From Deinococcus sp. (GTDB lineage: Bacteria; Deinococcota; Deinococci; Deinococcales; Deinococcaceae): a DNA stretch of 64,000 nt. The DNA lies in NCBI GenBank assembly GCA_965261005.1, contig OZ253375.1:1760001-1824000 (forward strand), given 5' to 3'. This document shows, one piece after another, positions 33,473 through 47,779 of the stretch. The position numbers and the translations under genes are program-made. Positions within the stretch are counted from its first letter, which is position 1; the number at the start of each line of letters is the position of its first letter. The notes under the pieces are model-generated. The model had not been told where the DNA came from. It saw only the letters and a list, made by a program, of their open reading frames with translations, and ran no database searches.

Positions 33473-34522
33473 GTGCCGCTCCGACTCGCCCGCTACGTTT
33501 TTTTCGAGGTGTTGCCCCTCTACGCGGCGGGGTTTCTGGTCTTTCTGGCCTTGGTCACCACCGACCTGATCACGTCGGTGGTGGGCGCGCTGCTGCGCTA
33601 CCACGCGCCCTTTTGGCTGGGAGTGCAGCTGTACCTGGCGCGGCTCCCCTTTTTGCTCGGCGAGGTGCTGCCGCTGGCGGTGCCCTTCGCGGTGCTGATC
33701 GCCTTCGGGCGGCTCGCCAAGGACAGCGAACTCAAGGCCCTCTACGCCTCGGGCGTGCGCCCACTGAGCGCCTTGTGGCCGCTGGCGCTGCTGGGGCTGG
33801 GGGTCAGCCTGCTGGCCTTTTACAACGCCAACGTCCTGACCCCCAGCGGCAACGTCCGCTTCAACGACGTGTGGTATCAGGTGTACCGCCTGCCACCCCC
33901 GACCCCGCAGCAGGACCGCTACGTCAGCCGCGCCAAGGACACGCTGTTTTACGCGGGCAGCGTGCGGCCCGTCAGCGGCGACCCCACGCGCGCCAACCTG
34001 AGCGGGGTGCTGGTGCAGCGCCCCGAGGTCAGCTACAGCGCCCAAAGCGGGTTGTGGAACGCCAAGCAGAAGCAGTGGGAATTCAGCGGCTACTGGGAGG
34101 TCCGGCCGGGTCAGGCGCCGCGCTTTCACCCGGAAAGTCTGAACGTGGTGCAGCCCGACCGCTTGCGCGCGCCCAATCCGCCGCCGGAGCAATTGACGCT
34201 GGCGAAGCTGCGCGTTCAGGCGCAGGACGCCAGCCTCGACGTGCGCGAGCGGCGCGCGGCGCGCTTCGAGTGGCAGCGCCGCTTCGCCGATCCCCTCACG
34301 GCGCTGGGCTTTGCGGTCGCCGCCGGCGCGCTGGGCCTGACCCTGCGCAGCCGCCCTTGGGCCTTTGCGTCGGTGCTGCTGATGACCTTCGGCTTTTACG
34401 TGGTCTGGACCGCCACCAAGGAGATCGCGCAGCTCGGCGCCATGCCGACCCTGCTGGCGGCCTGGCTGCCCAATTTGCTGCTGCTGCTCTTCGCCGGCGC
34501 GCTGGCCTGGAGACTGAGATGA
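33473..34522 (+). CDS. LptF/LptG (YjgP/YjgQ) family permease
   Basis: LARY..E, RLAKDSELKALYASG, AAWLPN; leaderless TACAAT-7nt-GTG. Confidence 0.9.
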   Translation: MPLRLARYVFFEVLPLYAAGFLVFLALVTTDLITSVVGALLRYHAPFWLGVQLYLARLPFLLGEVLPLAVPFAVLIAFGRLAKDSELKALYASGVRPLSALWPLALLGLGVSLLAFYNANVLTPSGNVRFNDVWYQVYRLPPPTPQQDRYVSRAKDTLFYAGSVRPVSGDPTRANLSGVLVQRPEVSYSAQSGLWNAKQKQWEFSGYWEVRPGQAPRFHPESLNVVQPDRLRAPNPPPEQLTLAKLRVQAQDASLDVRERRAARFEWQRRFADPLTALGFAVAAGALGLTLRSRPWAFASVLLMTFGFYVVWTATKEIAQLGAMPTLLAAWLPNLLLLLFAGALAWRLR

Positions 34523-34553
34523 TCCTGGAAACTGCGCTGATGGGAAGGCGGCC

Positions 34554-36842
34554 ATGACCGTGCAACAGTCCCAGACGGTGGCCGGGCACCGGCAGCCCAC
34601 CGCGAAGGGGCGCCCCGCCCTGACGCTGGTCACCCGCTACGTGCTGTCGGAGATCATTCCGCTGCTGATCGCCGGCCTCACGGCGGTGGTGCTGCTGTTT
34701 TTGCTGGCGGCCATCTTCGCGGTGCTGGCGCCGCTGCTCGCCAAGGGGGCGTCGCCCCTGTTGGTCGCCAAGCTGGCGGCCTACGCCATTCCCGACGGGA
34801 TGTCGCGCGGCCTGCCCATCGCGCTCCTCTTCGCGGTGCTGTTGGCGATGTCGCGCCTGGTCAGCGACGCCGAGGTCAAGAGCTTACTGGCCGCCGGTTT
34901 GTCGCCGCTGCGCCTGCTGTGGCCGGCGCTGGGCCTCTCGGTGGCCGTAGCCGCCATCAGCTTTCTGAACGCCGAGACGCTGGTGCCGGGGGCCGTGCAG
35001 CGCTCGCTCAGCACCGGGCGCGAAATTCTGCTGGACAACCCGCGCGTGCTGGGCTTGGGGGAGGCCGGCACCATTTTGCGCGACGCCTTTGGCCGGGCCA
35101 TCACGGTGGACACGGTGGAAACCGGCGGGCGCTTCACGGGGGTGCGCATCGTGCAGACGCAGGACGGCGGCCCGGCGCGCGAGGTGATCACCGCGCGCCG
35201 CGGGCAGCTGCTGCCTGGCAGCGCGGTGCTGCGCCTCACGGACGGTCAGCGCGTGACCTTTCAGGGCGCCCGCCCCGTCACGGTGGCCACCTTTCCGAGC
35301 GCTGACCTGCCGGTACAGGACTTACAGGCCAACTTGGATGGTGACGCCGGCGGCGTGCAGCCGGTCAACTTGCCGCTGCGCCAATTGCTGTCCAAGCTGA
35401 GCGCCCTGCGCGCGACCGGGGCGGACGCGGGCGCCGAGCTGACCGCCCTGAACCGCAAGTTCGCCGAGCCGCTGGCCGCCCTCGCCTTTGCCTTTTTCGG
35501 GGTGGCGCTGGCCCTCAACACCTTTCGCTCGGGCGCGAGCCTGGGCTTGGTGTGGGTGCTGCTGCTGACCTTCGCGTACTACGCCACCTGGAGCGTCTTT
35601 CGGGTGATGGGCGAGCAGGGCGCGCTGCCGCCGGTGCTGGCCGCGTGGGCGCCGAACACGCTGTACCTGGTGGCCGGCGCCGTGCTGCTGGTGCCCGAGT
35701 GGCCCCGGCCGCTCCGGCTGTGGGCGCCCGTGCGGCGCCGGCTTGGCCGCAGGGCGCCCGAGCCGGAACAGCTCGGCGCGCAGCTCGACGGGCGCAGCGA
35801 CCAGGTGATCGAGGCGTACTACCGCTACCGCCGCTTGGCCGGGGAGCATGTCCAGCAGCTCGGCCGCCTGACCGACCAGTTGCGCTACCTACGCCGCCAA
35901 GATCCCATGACGCCGGAGCAGCGCGCCGAGTACCACACCACGCTCGTCCAAGCCGAGGGACTGGTGGACGCGGCCAGGGCGGAGTTCGAGGCGGCCCGCG
36001 ACCTCGTCAACTCCTTTGACGTCGCGGCGCTGGACCAGTTGTTGGGCATGTTCGACGCGCAGAATCAGAGTCAGGTGCAGGATCAGGCGCCCGAGCCGTC
36101 CACGACCGACGCCGTTGCCGACCATGCTGCTGCCGACCATGCCGCAAGCGGCGGGTCGCAAACGCTTATCCTAAAAGCGGGAGACACCATGCAGGACAAG
36201 GCAGCCACAACCGGGCCGGCCGTGACGGACCCGGTTCCCACCGACACGGCAATTCCCGCCCCTCCAAGCGACGCGGTTGAGGATTCGCAAACCCTCACCC
36301 TCGACGGCGCCGCGCTGGACCAGTTGCTGGGCATTTTCGACGCGGGAGGCACCATGCACAACGAACCAGTCGCCAGCGAGCCGGCAGTCACCCCCTCAGC
36401 GACCCCCATGCCAGCCCCTCTCAAGCTAGCCCCCATCAAGCCAGCCCCTAACGCCCCAATCCCTACCACGCCAATTCCCGTCACGCCAGCCGCCGCCGCA
36501 CCAAGCGAGGACCCGCAGATGAGCGCCATGCTGTCCATCACCCTGCGGGCGCTGGCCGCCCACGGCGGCGCCCAGTTGGCTCTCCTGCGCGGGGACGCCA
36601 TGAGCTGGGGAAACCTGGACGAGGACAGCGTGCAGATCGCGCTGGCGCTGATGCAGACGGCCGGACGCCTCAACCAAGACAAGCCGCGCTTGGTGAGCGT
36701 TGAACTCGAAGAGGACGGCGTGCTGCTGATGTTGCCCACCGGTGGGGGCGCGGCGCTGGTCGCACGCCTGAGCAACAGCGACGGCGACAGCTTGCAGCGC
36801 TGGCGCGAGCAACTGCTGGAGTGGCGCAACCTGCTGTCCTGA
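34554..36842 (+). CDS. LptF/LptG family permease with a long C-terminal extension
   Basis: RLVSDAEVKSLLAAG, RKFAEPL, AAWAPN, then ~380 extra aa in the same open frame. Confidence 0.85.
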   Translation: MTVQQSQTVAGHRQPTAKGRPALTLVTRYVLSEIIPLLIAGLTAVVLLFLLAAIFAVLAPLLAKGASPLLVAKLAAYAIPDGMSRGLPIALLFAVLLAMSRLVSDAEVKSLLAAGLSPLRLLWPALGLSVAVAAISFLNAETLVPGAVQRSLSTGREILLDNPRVLGLGEAGTILRDAFGRAITVDTVETGGRFTGVRIVQTQDGGPAREVITARRGQLLPGSAVLRLTDGQRVTFQGARPVTVATFPSADLPVQDLQANLDGDAGGVQPVNLPLRQLLSKLSALRATGADAGAELTALNRKFAEPLAALAFAFFGVALALNTFRSGASLGLVWVLLLTFAYYATWSVFRVMGEQGALPPVLAAWAPNTLYLVAGAVLLVPEWPRPLRLWAPVRRRLGRRAPEPEQLGAQLDGRSDQVIEAYYRYRRLAGEHVQQLGRLTDQLRYLRRQDPMTPEQRAEYHTTLVQAEGLVDAARAEFEAARDLVNSFDVAALDQLLGMFDAQNQSQVQDQAPEPSTTDAVADHAAADHAASGGSQTLILKAGDTMQDKAATTGPAVTDPVPTDTAIPAPPSDAVEDSQTLTLDGAALDQLLGIFDAGGTMHNEPVASEPAVTPSATPMPAPLKLAPIKPAPNAPIPTTPIPVTPAAAAPSEDPQMSAMLSITLRALAAHGGAQLALLRGDAMSWGNLDEDSVQIALALMQTAGRLNQDKPRLVSVELEEDGVLLMLPTGGGAALVARLSNSDGDSLQRWREQLLEWRNLLS

Positions 36843-36962
36843 ACAAGCCGTATTGAACGTGCTGGGAAGGTGAAGGGCGGGCCATTTGAAAAGCCTTTTG
36901 CGTAGCTGAAAGCTGGATTAACTCTCAGTCAAGCTGCCCCGAACGTTCGTACACTTGCGCTG

Positions 36963-37202
36963 ATGGAACGCTTTCCCCTGGACATCGTCACGCTGCGCCT
37001 GTGCCACTGCCGCGCCCAGACGGCCGTGAGCGAAGGTGCGCTGCACATCGCCGTGCAGCATTACCGCGCGTGCCTGGAGGTCGCCGAGCGGCGCGAGGAC
37101 GCGCAGGCCATGCAGTTCTTTGCCCTCAAGCTGGGCGAGTGCTACGAGCGCATGGGGCTGCGCGACAAGGCTGTGGGCTTCAGGGCGATGGCGCGGGCCT
37201 GA
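36963..37202 (+). CDS. Small TPR-like helical hypothetical protein
   Basis: AVQHYRACLE..LGECYERMG pattern; TACACT -10 lies 7 nt upstream. Confidence 0.7.
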   Translation: MERFPLDIVTLRLCHCRAQTAVSEGALHIAVQHYRACLEVAERREDAQAMQFFALKLGECYERMGLRDKAVGFRAMARA

Positions 37203-37219
37203 CGCTCTAAGCTGAGGGC

Positions 37220-39328
37220 ATGTCCACCGCCACACCCAGCGACCCTGATCAGCCCGGCGATCAACCCAGTAACTTTGGCAAGCCCAGCTACCCCGCCGCC
37301 CGCCGCAGCGACCACGCCGACGAGTACCACGGCGTGGCCGTTCCCGACCCGTACCGCTGGCTGGAGAACGCGCACGGCGACGAGGCCGGCGCCTGGATTC
37401 GGGCGCAAAACGAGCTGACCCGGCGCCTGCTGGACGGGGTGCCCGGGCGGGACGCCTACGCGCGCCGCCTGACGCACTTGTGGGACTTTCCCAAGGCGGG
37501 CGTGCCGTGGAAGCGCGGCGGCCAGTATTTCCGTTTTGGCAACAGCGGCCTGCAAAATCAGGACGTGCTGTACGTCGCGGGGCAATTGGACGGCCCGTGG
37601 CGCGAGCTGCTCGATCCCAACCTGCTCAGCGACGACGGCACGGCGGCGCTGAATCAGGTGAGCGTGAGCCGCGACGGACGTTCCCTCGCCTACGCCGTGA
37701 GCGTGGGCGGCTCGGACTGGCAGACGTGGCGCGTGCGCGACGTGGCGAGTGGGGAGGACCTGCCGGAGACGCTCGCTTGGAGCAAGTTCAGCGGCGCCAC
37801 GTGGGCGCCCGACTCGGGCGGCTTTTACTACGGGCGCTACCCGGCGCCGGAAGGGGACGCCCTCACGAGCGCCAACTTCGGGCAGCAGCTCTATTTTCAC
37901 CGCGCCCACACCGACCAGGCGCACGACGAGTTGGTGTACGAACGGCCCGACCAGCCCGAGTGGGGCTTTCACGCGCAGGTCTCGCACGACGGGCGCTTTT
38001 TGATCTTGGGGGTGTGGCAAGGGACCGACCGCCGCAACCTGCTGTTTTACCAGGACCTGCGCGGGGATGGCGAGTTCGTGGAACTCGTGTCCGAGTTCGA
38101 AGCCGGCTACAGCTTCGTCGGCAACGACGGCGACACCTTCTATCTCCACACCGACGACGGGGCGCCCAGGGGCAAGCTGATCGGCTGGGACGTGAGAACT
38201 GGCGAGCGCCGGGACCTGATTCCCGAGGGGCCGGACAAGCTCGAAGACGTGCAACTCGTCCTGGGCGGCTTTTTGGCGCTCACGCTGCGCGACGCCAGCC
38301 ACCGCCTGCACCGCCACGCGCGCGGCGGCGCCCGGCTGAGCGAGGTCGAGTTGCCCAGCCTGGGCAGCGTGAGCGCCCTCAATACCCGCGAGGACGATCC
38401 CGAGGTCTTCTTCGGCTTCACCTCCTTTCTGTTTCCCACGACCGCTTACCGTCTCGACCTCGCCACCGGGGAGACGCGCGCCCTGGAAACGCCGCAGCTC
38501 GACTTCGACCCGGGCTTGTACGAAACGCGGCAAGTCTTCGTCACCAGCCAGGACGGCACGCGCGTGCCCATGTTCGTTACTCACAAACAGGGCCTGGCCC
38601 TCACCGGCGGCGCGCCCACGCTGCTGTACGGCTACGGCGGCTTCAACATCAGCCTGACGCCCAGCTTCAGCGTGGCGCGCTTGCCGTGGCTGGAGCTGGG
38701 CGGCGTCCTCGCGGTGGCGAACTTGCGCGGCGGCGGCGAGTACGGCGAGGCGTGGCACGCGGCCGGCACGCTGGAGCGCAAGCAGAACGTCTTCGACGAC
38801 TTTTTCGCCTGTGCGGAGTTCTTGACCCGGGCGGGTTACACCCGCCCCGACAAGCTCGCCATCGAGGGCCGCAGCAACGGCGGCCTGTTGGTGGGCGCCG
38901 CCCTGACCCAGCGGCCGGACTTGTTCGGCGCGGCGCTGCCGGGCGTGGGCGTCCTCGACATGCTGCGCTTTCAGCGCTTCACCATCGGCTGGGCCTGGGT
39001 GCCCGACTACGGCTCCAGCGACGACCCCGCGCAGTTCGGAACGCTGCTGGCCTACTCGCCGCTGCACAACCTGAAAGAGGGCGCGCGCTATCCCGCCACC
39101 CTGATCACTACCGGGGACCACGACGACCGGGTGGTGCCCGCCCACTCCTTTAAGTTCGCGGCGGCCCTACAACACGCCCAAGGGGGAGACGCGCCGGTGC
39201 TGCTCCGGGTGCAGACCCGCGCCGGCCACGGCGCCGGCAAACCCGTGACGCTCCAAATCGAGGAGCAGGCGGACATCCACGCCTTTTTGGTGAGGGCGCT
39301 GAAGTTGGACAGTTCTACAAGTCTTTGA
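37220..39328 (+). CDS. Prolyl oligopeptidase (S9A)
   Basis: DPYRWLE, YGYGGF, RGGGEYG, GRSNGG, DDRV, AGHG. Confidence 0.96.
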   Translation: MSTATPSDPDQPGDQPSNFGKPSYPAARRSDHADEYHGVAVPDPYRWLENAHGDEAGAWIRAQNELTRRLLDGVPGRDAYARRLTHLWDFPKAGVPWKRGGQYFRFGNSGLQNQDVLYVAGQLDGPWRELLDPNLLSDDGTAALNQVSVSRDGRSLAYAVSVGGSDWQTWRVRDVASGEDLPETLAWSKFSGATWAPDSGGFYYGRYPAPEGDALTSANFGQQLYFHRAHTDQAHDELVYERPDQPEWGFHAQVSHDGRFLILGVWQGTDRRNLLFYQDLRGDGEFVELVSEFEAGYSFVGNDGDTFYLHTDDGAPRGKLIGWDVRTGERRDLIPEGPDKLEDVQLVLGGFLALTLRDASHRLHRHARGGARLSEVELPSLGSVSALNTREDDPEVFFGFTSFLFPTTAYRLDLATGETRALETPQLDFDPGLYETRQVFVTSQDGTRVPMFVTHKQGLALTGGAPTLLYGYGGFNISLTPSFSVARLPWLELGGVLAVANLRGGGEYGEAWHAAGTLERKQNVFDDFFACAEFLTRAGYTRPDKLAIEGRSNGGLLVGAALTQRPDLFGAALPGVGVLDMLRFQRFTIGWAWVPDYGSSDDPAQFGTLLAYSPLHNLKEGARYPATLITTGDHDDRVVPAHSFKFAAALQHAQGGDAPVLLRVQTRAGHGAGKPVTLQIEEQADIHAFLVRALKLDSSTSL

Positions 39329-39950
39329 CCATCACCACGTGAACCGTCTCACGGCCCAGCCAGGGCGTCCACAGCGGCAGTTGCTCCTCGGCGTACACGC
39401 TGAAGCCCGCGCGCCCATACAGCCCCAGCGCGGCCTCATTCTCGCGGGTGGTCGAGAGCTGCACCCCCGGCACGCCCCGCGCCCGCAGCGCGTTCAGGTA
39501 GGCCGTCAGCAGCGCGGACCCCAGGCCCAGGCCGCGCGTCCCCGGCAGCAAGTTGATGTGCAGGTGGGCCGGGTAGCGGTCAAAGGGCGCGTGCTGGCCG
39601 GGAAAGCGCGCGAAGCGCAGCAGGTAGGGCAGCCCGCCGAAGGGCCGCCGGTAGCGTCCCAGCAATACCCCTGGCACGATCCGCCCGGCGATCACGCGCG
39701 TCAGAGCGCGCCCGTACTCCCCTTGGCTGGGCAAGCCGAGAATGTAGCCGACCACCTCTCCCCCGCGCTCGGCCACGAAGCCCAGCCTGCCCCCAGACTC
39801 GAAGTACGGCCCGGTCCAGATGTCGGCGAACAGTTGGGGGTCGGGAAAGTAGCGCGCCGCGCTGCTCCCGAAAAAGCCGGTCAGGTAGGCGACGCGCCCG
39901 ACCTGCGCCGCGTCTCCCGCCCTCAGGGCGCGCAGCGTGACCTCGCTCAC
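39315..39950 (-). CDS. GNAT acetyltransferase
   Basis: PAHLHINLLP..RGLGLG, N..A..LY...GF. Confidence 0.9.
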   Translation of the reverse strand: MSEVTLRALRAGDAAQVGRVAYLTGFFGSSAARYFPDPQLFADIWTGPYFESGGRLGFVAERGGEVVGYILGLPSQGEYGRALTRVIAGRIVPGVLLGRYRRPFGGLPYLLRFARFPGQHAPFDRYPAHLHINLLPGTRGLGLGSALLTAYLNALRARGVPGVQLSTTRENEAALGLYGRAGFSVYAEEQLPLWTPWLGRETVHVVMVKDL

Positions 39951-40822
39951 GCGGTTATCACGGTTTCGGCGGGCTGCGCCTGTTCTACGGCGGCCTCACC
40001 CAAAAACAGCTCGTTGCGCCGCAAAAAGGCCCACAGGGTCCAGCCCATCAGCCACACCGACACCTGGCTGGCGTAGGCGCGGATGGCCGCCGCCTTGCGC
40101 CTGCGCGCCGAGCCGCCGAGGGCGAAGCTGAGCCAAGCCGCGTCGCCGTACTCGCCCGGGGGCGGCAGCGTAAGGTCGGGGCGGTACCCCTTGGGCCAGG
40201 GCCAGCGCAAGTCGCTTTGCACGATGTAATACAGCGAACGTATGTTCAATGGCGCCGCAACCTCGCGCACAAGTTGCGTCACGGCGCGGTGGTCGGCGTG
40301 GTTGTCAAGGGGTCCCGGCGCCAGCACGGCGGCGGGCCGCACCGCGCGCAGAATCTCGCGCAGCTCGCGCGCCAACTCGTTTCCCGTGTAGGGAAAGCCG
40401 GGCGCGTAGGCGCTTCGGTAGGGCACCGCGTCCGCGCCGGTGTCGGGGCTGCGGTACAGGGATTCCCTGTTTTCCACGAGCGCGCTCAGGCCCCGGTCGG
40501 GAAAGCCCAGGAACAGCGCCCGCTCCGCTGGCACGCCCAGCCGCGCGCAGGCCTCGCGCGCCTCCGCCATGCGCAGCCGTCCCAAGTCGAGCTGCGCCCG
40601 TCCCCCCTGCCACAAGCGGCGCCAAGCGAAGCGAGGGTTCCAGGGAAAGGCGTCCCCGACCGTCACGAACACCACCCACACCGCCTGCCCCTCGCGTGCG
40701 GCGGCGCTCAGCAAACCGCCGGCGCCCAGCGTCTCGTCGTCGGGGTGGGGGGCGATCAGCAGCAACGGGCCGCCGAGGGGAATTGGGGTGGTGGGGGCGG
40801 TCAGGGGGTGGAGATGGGGCAT
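39947..40822 (-). CDS. PIG-L/LmbE-family deacetylase
   Basis: APHPDDE, HADH, YASQ. Confidence 0.9.
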   Translation of the reverse strand: MPHLHPLTAPTTPIPLGGPLLLIAPHPDDETLGAGGLLSAAAREGQAVWVVFVTVGDAFPWNPRFAWRRLWQGGRAQLDLGRLRMAEAREACARLGVPAERALFLGFPDRGLSALVENRESLYRSPDTGADAVPYRSAYAPGFPYTGNELARELREILRAVRPAAVLAPGPLDNHADHRAVTQLVREVAAPLNIRSLYYIVQSDLRWPWPKGYRPDLTLPPPGEYGDAAWLSFALGGSARRRKAAAIRAYASQVSVWLMGWTLWAFLRRNELFLGEAAVEQAQPAETVITA

Positions 40823-40885
40823 CGAACCGGCTCATTGTGGCAGAAGTTGGGGCGGTTCAGGTTGTTGGTACGCTCATTCGTTTTG

Positions 40886-41336
40886 CCCCCACCCCCCCGG
40901 CCCCCCTACCCCCAAAGGGGGCAGGGGGGAGCGACGCTGCGCTGGGCCATGGCACGTTGGGCCGCGTCGGTAAGGCGGTGTCGTCCGGCTTGGTCCGTGC
41001 GAGGGAAGATGTCAAACTACTTTCTCGGCCGCGATCACGGCCCGTGGAGGGCGCTGTTGGGCGCCGGTGGGACGGATAGAAAAGGCAAACAAACTTGTAT
41101 CTTTGCTCCCCTCCCCACCTGAGGGGGAGGGGCCGGGGGGGGGGAAACGGCCATCTCCCCTTTTCCCTATTACCGGCTCACCGCCTTTGCACCAAGAAGT
41201 TTCTATGGGGGCGGCAGTGACCCGATAACGAATCCAGCGACATCTAGCACGCCAACGCTCCAGCCGCCCAACGTGCCGAGCGCAGCGAAAAGCCCCCCTA
41301 CCCCGGCGGGGGTAGGGGGGTTGGGGGGTGGGGGAC
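40886..41336. repeat. C/G-rich palindromic repeat cluster bounded by ~75-bp inverted copies
   Basis: 40886-40963 and 41262-41336 are imperfect inverted copies; a third palindrome lies at 41105-41143. Confidence 0.75.
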
Positions 41337-41353
41337 CCGCCCAGAAGCTAGAC

Positions 41354-43819
<2,466 letters not shown>

Positions 43820-43999
43820 TTAAGCTCCAAGCCCTTCCGGGGGCAGAGGGTGTGAGGAAAGAAGGTCGCCCAACTCGGGGCGGGAAAGCGGCGTGTTCAA
43901 AAAACTCCTTCTAGAGCGGGAGAATGTCAAAGAATAGCCCCGCCAACATGTCCCAATTGTAAGGACTGGCGGGGCCGCGAAGCTGTAATTTAAGTTGCC

Positions 44000-45193
<1,194 letters not shown>

Positions 45194-45216
45194 GGGGAAC
45201 CTCCTGCACTTGCACT

Positions 45217-45834
45217 TTATTCATCCGCGACCCCGACTTCCAGCCCGGCCGCCGCCACGTTCTCCACCACGCCGTCGATCAGGCCGTAGTCTTTCGCCTC
45301 GACGGGGGACATGAAGTAGTCGCGCTCCATGTCGCGCAGCAGCTTGTCCTGCGGCAGGTCGGTGTGCTTGTGGTAAAGGGAGATCATCTTGTCGCGCAGG
45401 TACAGAACTTCCTTGGCCTGTACCTCCACGTCGGGGGTGTTCCCCCGAAAGCCCGAGCTGCCTTGGTGAATCATGATGCGCGAGTTGGGCGTGGCGTAGC
45501 GCTTGCCGCCGTCCCCGGCCATCAGGATCACGCTGCCCATGCTCATGGCGATGCCCACGCAAATGGTCGAGATGGGCGCCTTGATGTACTGCATGGTGTC
45601 GTAGATGGCCAGGCCCGCGTACACCTCGCCGCCAGGGCAATTGATGTAGAGCTGGATTTCGCGCTCGGGGTTCTGGCTGTCCAGCAGCAAGAGCTGCGCC
45701 ACGATGGTGTTGGCGACGTTGCTGTCGATGGGGGTGCCCAGAAAGATGATGCGGTCTTTTAAGAGGCGCGAGTAGATGTCGTACATGCGCTCGCCGCGCC
45801 CGGTCTGCTCGATCACGTAGGGAATCACGCTCAT
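45217..45834 (-). CDS. clpP: ClpP protease subunit
   Basis: [25 protein letters not shown]; leaderless TATAAT-7nt-ATG. Confidence 0.97.
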   Translation of the reverse strand: MSVIPYVIEQTGRGERMYDIYSRLLKDRIIFLGTPIDSNVANTIVAQLLLLDSQNPEREIQLYINCPGGEVYAGLAIYDTMQYIKAPISTICVGIAMSMGSVILMAGDGGKRYATPNSRIMIHQGSSGFRGNTPDVEVQAKEVLYLRDKMISLYHKHTDLPQDKLLRDMERDYFMSPVEAKDYGLIDGVVENVAAAGLEVGVADE

Positions 45835-45920
45835 GCCCGGCATTATAGGGCCGGAAAAATGTGGGGACCGCCGAAACTCCGCATCCCGTCACACCAAGCG
45901 CCCGTCACACCAGACAACCA

Positions 45921-46301
45921 TCACACCAGACGAACCGGGGCGCCGTACTGCGCCAATTGCCGGTCGTGCGTCAGCAGAATCAGCGGTTCGCTTTGGCTTT
46001 GGGCGATCAGGGCACGGTCGAAGGGGTCCCCATGCAGCTCGGGCAGCTCGGAGACGCGCAGGGCGTGGCGCTCGTCGAAGGGTAAAAAGAGAAAACCATT
46101 TTTTCTGCTCTCTGCCATCAGCCCGTCGAGGCTGACGTCGAGTTTCCCGCTCGCCCGTTTGATGACGACCTCCCACAGGCTGATGCTGCTGACGAACACC
46201 TCCACTTCCGGGTTCGATAGCATGGCCCGCACCTCGTTCGAGAGCCTGGGGTCGTCTCGCACCCACCACAACAGAATATGGGTATCCAGCAGGACCCTCA
46301 T
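45921..46301 (-). CDS. vapC: VapC PIN-domain toxin
   Basis: LLDTH, SLWE, HGDPFDR, THD. Confidence 0.93.
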   Translation of the reverse strand: MRVLLDTHILLWWVRDDPRLSNEVRAMLSNPEVEVFVSSISLWEVVIKRASGKLDVSLDGLMAESRKNGFLFLPFDERHALRVSELPELHGDPFDRALIAQSQSEPLILLTHDRQLAQYGAPVRLV

Positions 46302-46534
46302 TCCTCACCCTCGAAAAAGCGCTGGATGTCGTCGGGCAGCGGCCCGTCGAAGTCCTCCGCGATCCACATTTCGCCCTTCAAGCCCCCCGGCTTTCTGACC
46401 TGGTCTCGTTGCAGCCCCACCAACCTCGCCACCGGCTTGCCAGCCCGCGCCAGCACGATCTCCTCGCCGGCCTCCACGGCCTCGATCAGTTTGGACAGCT
46501 GGGTTTTCGCCTCGTGAATGTTCACCTGACGCAT
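46298..46534 (-). CDS. Phd/YefM-family antitoxin
   Basis: NIHEAKTQLSKL..GEE..GKPVARL; ATGA-coupled to vapC. Confidence 0.93.
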   Translation of the reverse strand: MRQVNIHEAKTQLSKLIEAVEAGEEIVLARAGKPVARLVGLQRDQVRKPGGLKGEMWIAEDFDGPLPDDIQRFFEGEE

Positions 46535-46583
46535 CTGGACCTCCGAGCTTAGTTTAACTTAGCGGGGAACGGAAACCAAAAGA

Positions 46584-46685
46584 GCATTGCCGGGAAGCAA
46601 CGGCACTCAGCGATCATCCCTTATGGCTGCTTCCTTCCGGACCTGACCAGGTTCGAGCGTCGCCGCTGCGTTGCGCCAGCAATGC
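46584..46685 (-). ncRNA. ffs: Signal recognition particle RNA (4.5S)
   Basis: GTCAGGTCCGGAAGGAAGCAGC domain IV motif; ends GCATTGC/GCAATGC pair; TAGACT -10 lies 7 nt upstream. Confidence 0.95.
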
Positions 46686-46788
46686 GAGGGGCAGTCTAGC
46701 AAACCCGCGCGGCGGGGAACGTGGGCGGGCGCCTTCACGTGACCTTCAAACGGGCGGTCCCTTTCGCCCCAGCCGCTAGCATGACCCA

Positions 46789-47730
<942 letters not shown>

Positions 47731-47779
47731 AGGTAGAAAAAACTCCCACGCCCCGGTTCGCAGGCTCTACCATCCCCGC

